Below the pieces are notes generated by a model. The model had not been told where the DNA came from and made no database searches. It saw nothing but the letters and a program-made list of their open reading frames with translations. DNA of 64,000 nucleotides from Candidatus Latescibacterota bacterium (GTDB lineage Bacteria; Latescibacterota; UBA2968; GCA-2709665). Both the position numbers and the translations under genes were made by a program. The stretch spans positions 96,001-160,000 of the forward strand of contig CAXXXF010000013.1 of the NCBI GenBank assembly GCA_963667175.2. Reading direction: 5' to 3'. This document shows positions 59,401 to 64,000 of this stretch, piece after piece (the stretch's first letter is position 1; each line of letters opens with the position of its first letter).

Positions 59401-59628
59401 GATAATTCGACGATCAAGAGCATATTCGGCACAATCGAATCGCATCTGACCTGGGACGCGACGTTCATGTGGAACCTGCCAAACGGGATAAACCTTACGC
59501 TGTCCGGGGTGAATCTGCTCGATAAGAGGCCCCCGCTCGTGAATATGGAGCAGGCCTACGACGGCTTCACCCACGATCCGAAGGGCCGGCGGGTGAAGCT
59601 GGCCGTTACCTATCGCCTCGGGGGTTGA
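56452..59628 (+). CDS. TonB-dependent receptor with N-terminal carboxypeptidase-regulatory-like domain
   Basis: Signal peptide, 'GTVTGTVVDAETGEPL.GANV', TonB box 'ELVVTG', plug 'NLRGLG..RTLVL', 'GASAIYGSDAVGGV', C-terminal 'NLLD..PP...GR'. Confidence 0.92.
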   Translation: MKCRGMHLSFLVCVAVVLSAQWVWAQSTGTVTGTVVDAETGEPLEGANVSIEALKLNQWSDPAGRFTIRDVPAGVHELSVRLIGYTAEPRAITVTSGATLTVALRMELALLFMDELVVTGTAVKKSPINQPYAVVAVGREEMAEQGSPQAVDFFKNLGASHGVIGERSSWYNAGQAATLAESIANVNLRGLGASRTLVLINSRRQTYVPARLIGGRFVDVNAIPAIALDRVEVLKEGASAIYGSDAVGGVANFLTRSDFEGFEVSAEHDYFANAGDTNAGAIWGGKIGEAHAVVAAEWRGRRELKLSEREYLLQPWHGGGQRLGWSSLGNPGTFAVGSPAPWTATIHAPRCEEFGGFRESWTCRFRYQPWDNLIEEMSHSRVFAEVNGKLANGAEYHVEGLWSEARIPNWYTTPSYPPFPLTDTSIMEAAPNHPGRQAFCADYGADPTDPYYEACQGEENWYFNGRPFGNSGPERLLSRKSRTYRMAASLNGDFEGIGGRDAHFDLGIAYSGTSGNYNLPGVYVERLFLGFRGFGGPRCGVGVVADPASLAGMRLGPLSGQVAGQGDCQYYNPFSNAIEYSQQPGSAFENRANPDYRSGLANSPELRQWLNQEVDLQSTADMLVADATLSGIWIEDVASYAAGYQFRLLNATGDPNDEGDVTRNPCPVIGDKSCSEEDKFGPYAFTNVHLPYDESQTVHRFFSEIPLRLGSRFDVQLAANYEFHDVASSFDPKFGWRYQLVDSPAQSLFLRGSVQTTFRTPSLDDVNESPLTTLEWINETGAYQAVDRIGSKDLRPEQAFTYNAGLALITETGFEATVDYWSYDFSDVIGSMPHGAITALYAVEANKDALKQFIVCPDGLGTGTCEASQLERVQVDIVNWPGLKTSGIDLHLNARAQRGTGLFRASLEGTYTLAYETKSLRLGGLALQDAADAAGYLNFGNPIATSLPKFKGRISGSYYRQDWTFASYLNYISSYEDRGSTASDNSTIKSIFGTIESHLTWDATFMWNLPNGINLTLSGVNLLDKRPPLVNMEQAYDGFTHDPKGRRVKLAVTYRLGG

Positions 59629-59869
59629 CAGCCCGCTCCGGTTGACGAATTCGAGGAAGGCATCCGGCAGGCTCGCGGGTGCCTTTTCTATTTGGATTCG
59701 CCTCAAATTTACCGATATCGCCGCGGCATAAGAAAACGTTGCAAACTCGATACCCAAACGGCATATTAACGGCGTTCGAGTGGAGCCCCGATTGGATTGA
59801 ACGACCGTGATCTTCGATTCCAGGCCCCACGATCAGATGCGAACCGCACCCGCGCCACCCGGAATTTGA

Positions 59870-60364
59870 ATGAACAAACGCGAAGATTATCTGTCCTGGG
59901 ACGAATATTTCATGGGCGTTGCGCTGCTTTCCGCGCTCCGGAGCAAGGACCCCAACACCCGCGTGGGCGCCTGTATCATCAACGAGAAGAAGAAAATCGT
60001 CGGAATCGGTTACAACGGCCTGCCCCTCGGCTGTTCGGACGACGAATATCCGTGGGCGAGAGAGGGCGACTTTCTCAACACCAAATACCCGTACGTCTGC
60101 CACGCCGAACTCAACGCGATCCTGAACAAGATCGACACCAACCTCTACGATTGTACGATCTACGTCACCCACTTTCCCTGCAACGAGTGCGCGAAAGTGA
60201 TCATTCAGTCCGGCATTCGAGAAGTCATCTACCTGGCGGACAAATACGCCGAGACCGATTCGGTCAAAGCCTCCAGACGCATGTTCAACAGCGCCGGCGT
60301 CGTCTACCGGCAACTTACCGGGCACCGGGAGCACGTGCACATCGAATTCAAGGATCTCGCCTGA
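59870..60364 (+). CDS. dCMP deaminase
   Basis: 'WDEYFM', 'RSKDP.TRVGAC', 'HAELNAI', 'PCNECAK'. Confidence 0.93.
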   Translation: MNKREDYLSWDEYFMGVALLSALRSKDPNTRVGACIINEKKKIVGIGYNGLPLGCSDDEYPWAREGDFLNTKYPYVCHAELNAILNKIDTNLYDCTIYVTHFPCNECAKVIIQSGIREVIYLADKYAETDSVKASRRMFNSAGVVYRQLTGHREHVHIEFKDLA

Positions 60365-60376
60365 AAGGAATCCGCT

Positions 60377-61210
60377 ATGCCCGCTGCCGACTGGCTGCCG
60401 GCCGGTTCGGACCTCACGTCCGTCGCATCCCGATACGCAAACCCGCTCCACGCCCTGGCAGCCGCCGAGATTCCCGCCATCCTTCTAAGGCAGGCCTACA
60501 ACCCGGGCCACTGTGAGGGCCTTATCCGCCGGTTCATAGACCGCGGCCTGATGCGGGATCCGGCGGACACGGCGTCCGGCGATACACGCACCCGTATCGA
60601 CGTCGGCACCAGTCTCGGAAACAGGGGCGGCGACCGGAAGGGGTTTTTCGAACACGCCGGACAGACCCACGCCCTGTTCGAACGCCTCTTCGACGGTTTC
60701 GACAATCCGGTCGACGTCATCTACAACAGCCTCGCCGCTCTTGCCGGCGGCAAACGGGTGATGACGGCGCGTGAACCGGACGGCCGCCGATACGGTCCCG
60801 CCATCTTCCGCATTCACTACACCCATCACGTCTACCAGCCGCACATCGACCACGTCTCGCTTCGTGAAAAACGTTTCGATTACGAGGTCTCCCGGTTCGA
60901 GCACCAGTTTGCGGGTGTGCTGTGCTTCCAGAACGCGGACCAGGCCGGACCGGCCACCCAGGCCATCCTGCATCGCTGCCTGTGGACGGAGGACGTCGAG
61001 GTCCATATTGCCGCAAACACCTTTCACGAATACGCCCGGCTGAACAACGTCGAGCGCTGCCGGGTCGCCCTTGAACCGGGCGACCTGTACTTCTTCAACA
61101 CCCGCTGCATTCACGAAGTCCCCGCGGTCGAGGGAAGCGATCCCAGGATTGTCCTGGCCGTATTTATCGGCTATTCCGACGACGATGGCGAGGTTTACGT
61201 CTGGGCCTAG
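60377..61210 (+). CDS. Putative 2OG-Fe(II) oxygenase-fold protein
   Basis: 'PHID' (HxD), 'PGDLYFFN...HEV', 'RIV'. Confidence 0.65.
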   Translation: MPAADWLPAGSDLTSVASRYANPLHALAAAEIPAILLRQAYNPGHCEGLIRRFIDRGLMRDPADTASGDTRTRIDVGTSLGNRGGDRKGFFEHAGQTHALFERLFDGFDNPVDVIYNSLAALAGGKRVMTAREPDGRRYGPAIFRIHYTHHVYQPHIDHVSLREKRFDYEVSRFEHQFAGVLCFQNADQAGPATQAILHRCLWTEDVEVHIAANTFHEYARLNNVERCRVALEPGDLYFFNTRCIHEVPAVEGSDPRIVLAVFIGYSDDDGEVYVWA

Positions 61211-61311
61211 CACGATCCCGTGGCCCACGCTCGAAACCCGCCCCCCGTAGCCGGTCTCACACCGCGTCTCTTGTCCGGGAGCAATACAAGCGGATCCCTG
61301 GAGCCGCCGCC

Positions 61312-62697
61312 ATGCCGGAAGTCGTGTACCGGGGAATTCTCCTGCCGGAATGCCCTGCCACCGCCGACGTCAAGTCGGTCCTGCCGGACTACCGGGCCAT
61401 GCTGCTTGCCGTGATGGCCGCCATCGCGGACCGCTACGAACGCACCCCCGGGTACCCATTTATCGATACCAAACTGGATCTCATTAGCGGCGAGGACTTC
61501 GATGCTGACGATCCTCTGAAGGGTCCGAACGCGGTCTATGGATGGATTCAGGGGCGCGGGTTGGAATCTCTGGCCGGGCACTGCCGCTGGATGCGCCGCC
61601 ACAACCTGAACGCGGAACTCCGACGCCGCCTGGAGCGCATCACGGCCGACGTACTCGAGGCGCTGCTCGACGTTCGCGACCGAAACGCCGGCCACCTTTC
61701 GTTCTTCATGTCGCCGCGAGGGATTCCGTTTGCGCCGGACGGGGAAGGCGGGATCCGGACGTTGAGGTTCTCGGAGGAGTCGAGTTACGGCTTCAGCGAC
61801 CTGTTCAGCGCCAAGGGCATGGTCGCCGCGGCGAGATACCTCGGGTTGCGGGAGGCCGAAACGGAAGCCAGGGAATACTGCCGCCGCGTGGACGACGCCA
61901 TTCACGAGGGCCGTTTTACCACCGACCAGATTTCGCTGGATCCCAGGAATCCCACCGGGCCCCGGCCGGGCCGCCACCCTCACGGCGCGTTCATGATTCA
62001 GATCGGCGCGGCGGCGCTGCTGGCCGAACACGGCGTTTGCGACGGCGTGGAGATGGGGCTCCGCCTCATCCGTCACGAACTGCAGACCTACGTCAACCTG
62101 GATGGACGGGTTCCGCGCCTCCGGGAGTACGACTTCTGGGAGGCCGTGGACGACGACGGCCGGCCCTGCGAGGAGAACGGGAGGGTCCTTTGCGATCCGG
62201 GACACGTCCTCGAATTCATCGGCCTGACGCTGAAATTCACCTTGGCCGTCAGAAAGAACGGCCTCGCGGATGCTGACCAGATCGAGGAAATCGACGGCGT
62301 CGAATCCCATATGCCCGCCCTGCTGTCACATACCTTTGCGGGGGGGTTCCAGCCTGGTCCCGGCGGCATCTGCAAGGCGTTCGACCTGGTTTCCCGCACG
62401 CCCGCCAATACCGACATGCCGTGGTGGAACCTGCCCGAGACGCTGCGCGCCGCCGCGTATTGTTTTTCGATCGCCCGAACCGGGGCGCAACGACGGAACG
62501 CCCTCGGCATATTCAGCGCGTGCCACAACGCCTTCACAAGGCACTTCGTTCGTCCGGACCTTCATCTGATGGCCTATCAGACCCGCGACGAAGCCGGGCG
62601 GGTCGTGCCGGTCATACCCGCCACCGCGGACGCGGACCCGGGATACCACACCGGCCTGAGCATCATCGACGTGCTCGAAGTCTTCGAAAACACGTAG
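61312..62697 (+). CDS. AGE family (N-acylglucosamine 2-epimerase-like) protein
   Basis: 'WIQGR', 'FSDLF', 'DPGHVLEF', 'WW...E', 'YH' motifs of the (alpha/alpha)6 epimerase family. Confidence 0.7.
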   Translation: MPEVVYRGILLPECPATADVKSVLPDYRAMLLAVMAAIADRYERTPGYPFIDTKLDLISGEDFDADDPLKGPNAVYGWIQGRGLESLAGHCRWMRRHNLNAELRRRLERITADVLEALLDVRDRNAGHLSFFMSPRGIPFAPDGEGGIRTLRFSEESSYGFSDLFSAKGMVAAARYLGLREAETEAREYCRRVDDAIHEGRFTTDQISLDPRNPTGPRPGRHPHGAFMIQIGAAALLAEHGVCDGVEMGLRLIRHELQTYVNLDGRVPRLREYDFWEAVDDDGRPCEENGRVLCDPGHVLEFIGLTLKFTLAVRKNGLADADQIEEIDGVESHMPALLSHTFAGGFQPGPGGICKAFDLVSRTPANTDMPWWNLPETLRAAAYCFSIARTGAQRRNALGIFSACHNAFTRHFVRPDLHLMAYQTRDEAGRVVPVIPATADADPGYHTGLSIIDVLEVFENT

Positions 62698-62720
62698 CGA
62701 CTCGAGAATTTCAGGCAGCC

Positions 62721-63383
62721 ATGCGACTCGAGATCAAAAATCTCTCACTTCGGTACGGCACAAAACCCCCCCTGTTCGAACGGGTAAATCTCACCGTTGA
62801 CAGCGGAGATTTCATCCTCATACACGGACCTTCGGGAAGCGGGAAATCCAGCCTCCTCAGGCTGCCCAGCCGGCTGCAGGAACCGGCCTCGGGCGAGATC
62901 CTGCTGGATGGCCTCTCCGTGAGGCGGCACAACGTCACCGAATTGCGGCGAACGGTCGGTTACGTGCAGCAGACACCCGAAATGGCCGTCGGTGCCGTGC
63001 GTTCCAACCTGACCCTGTCGTTCACGTTCAGGGCCGCCCGCGAAAAGCGATTGCCGGACGAAAACAGACTCCGAACCCTTCTGGACGATTTTCTGCTTCA
63101 GGACGTGGACCTCGACGACGACGCGGAAACCCTCTCCGTGGGCCAGAAGCAACGTATCGCCCTGATCCGGACCCTGTTGTCCGAACCCCGTTTTCTCCTT
63201 TGTGACGAACCCACGTCCGCCCTCGACCCCGAGTCCAAATCGGTGGTCGAAACCTGGCTGGAACGCCTCGCGCTGGAGCAGAACATCGGCATCGTGCAGG
63301 TTACCCATCTGGACTTCAGGCCGGATCGGGTCGGGGCCCGACGCTATCGCCTCGATGGCGATCTGCGGGAGGTCTGCGGATGA
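62721..63383 (+). CDS. ABC transporter ATP-binding protein (FetA/YbbL-like)
   Basis: Walker A 'GPSGSGKS', signature 'LSVGQKQR', Walker B 'LLCDEPTSALD'. Confidence 0.9.
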   Translation: MRLEIKNLSLRYGTKPPLFERVNLTVDSGDFILIHGPSGSGKSSLLRLPSRLQEPASGEILLDGLSVRRHNVTELRRTVGYVQQTPEMAVGAVRSNLTLSFTFRAAREKRLPDENRLRTLLDDFLLQDVDLDDDAETLSVGQKQRIALIRTLLSEPRFLLCDEPTSALDPESKSVVETWLERLALEQNIGIVQVTHLDFRPDRVGARRYRLDGDLREVCG

Positions 63384-64000
63384 ACCTGATCGAGATCTCC
63401 CCGCTGCAGTTGCTTCTGTGTCTCGTATTCGTCCTGATCGCGGGCACGGGCTCGGTCATCTTCCGGCTCAACCTGGAAAAGGACCTCGCGTGGGGCACGG
63501 TGCGCACCTTCGCGCAACTCTTCCTGGTCGGCTACGTCCTCAAATACATCTTTCGAATCAACAACCCGTACCTGATTCTCATCCTCTTCGTCTGGATGGT
63601 CTTCTGGGCCGCTCACGCCATCCGTGGCCGGGTGAAGGAAAAGGAGGTGGCCTACTTCGTGCCCACCTTCATTTCCATGGTCGCCAGCTACACCACCGTG
63701 TCCATCCTGGTCACCGCCGCAATCGTGCAGGTCAAACCCTGGTACACGCCGCAGTACTTCATTCCCCTGGGCGGCATGATTGTCGGCAATTCCATGAACG
63801 CGGTCACGATCGCGCTGGAACGTCTCTTCTCCGATTTGCGGAAACAAAGAGCCCGGATCGAACTCGCCCTCTGCCTCGGCGCCACTTACCAGGAAGCCAC
63901 GACCGCCATCCTGCGCGACGTGGTCAAAGCCGGCATGATTCCCTCCATCAACGCCCTGATGACCGTCGGCCTCGTCTCCCTTCCCGGGATGATGACCGGC
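63380..64000 (+). CDS. fetB: ABC permease FetB/YbbM (UPF0014), truncated by the window end
   Basis: Manual translation: 'R..AQL.LVGYVL', 'WY.PQYFIPLGGMIVGNSMN', 'LGAT', 'IPSIN.L.TVGLVSLPGMMTG'. Confidence 0.88.
   Translation, partial: MNLIEISPLQLLLCLVFVLIAGTGSVIFRLNLEKDLAWGTVRTFAQLFLVGYVLKYIFRINNPYLILILFVWMVFWAAHAIRGRVKEKEVAYFVPTFISMVASYTTVSILVTAAIVQVKPWYTPQYFIPLGGMIVGNSMNAVTIALERLFSDLRKQRARIELALCLGATYQEATTAILRDVVKAGMIPSINALMTVGLVSLPGMMTG

Noticed and set aside
59870-60364. Anti-phage dCTP deaminase
   Set aside because: Short canonical dCMP deaminase with no N-terminal kinase domain, host-like composition and a housekeeping context.

Overview
High-GC bacterial chromosomal window. A GWxTD/TPR protein, many small-molecule catabolic genes, a TonB receptor and a heparinase-like protein suggest a diderm of the Latescibacterota/Gemmatimonadota type (inference only). 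Most of the window is metabolic or housekeeping. The standout is a visibly AT-richer island (~23.8-32.2 kb, all minus strand) with a tightly coupled four-gene operon: N6-adenine MTase, MORC/MutL-like GHKL ATPase fused to a histidine kinase, receiver-domain protein, and ComEC-type metallo-beta-lactamase hydrolase. A Type IIG restriction-modification gene follows it. This looks like a candidate phosphorelay-gated anti-phage system. Also present: an ORF-less group II intron (10092-10852) whose EBS1 matches its 5' exon; two unrelated MITE families (one full copy plus two solo ends, all at TAG stop codons, and one copy that rewrote a gene's C-terminus); a vapBC-type toxin-antitoxin pair; a 21-bp in-frame VNTR; a LamG domain split by a 7-blade propeller; and an EIIA/PII-like/dual cation-proton antiporter module. 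No rRNA, tRNA or CRISPR array was seen. All protein calls come from motif recognition by eye, not from database searches.
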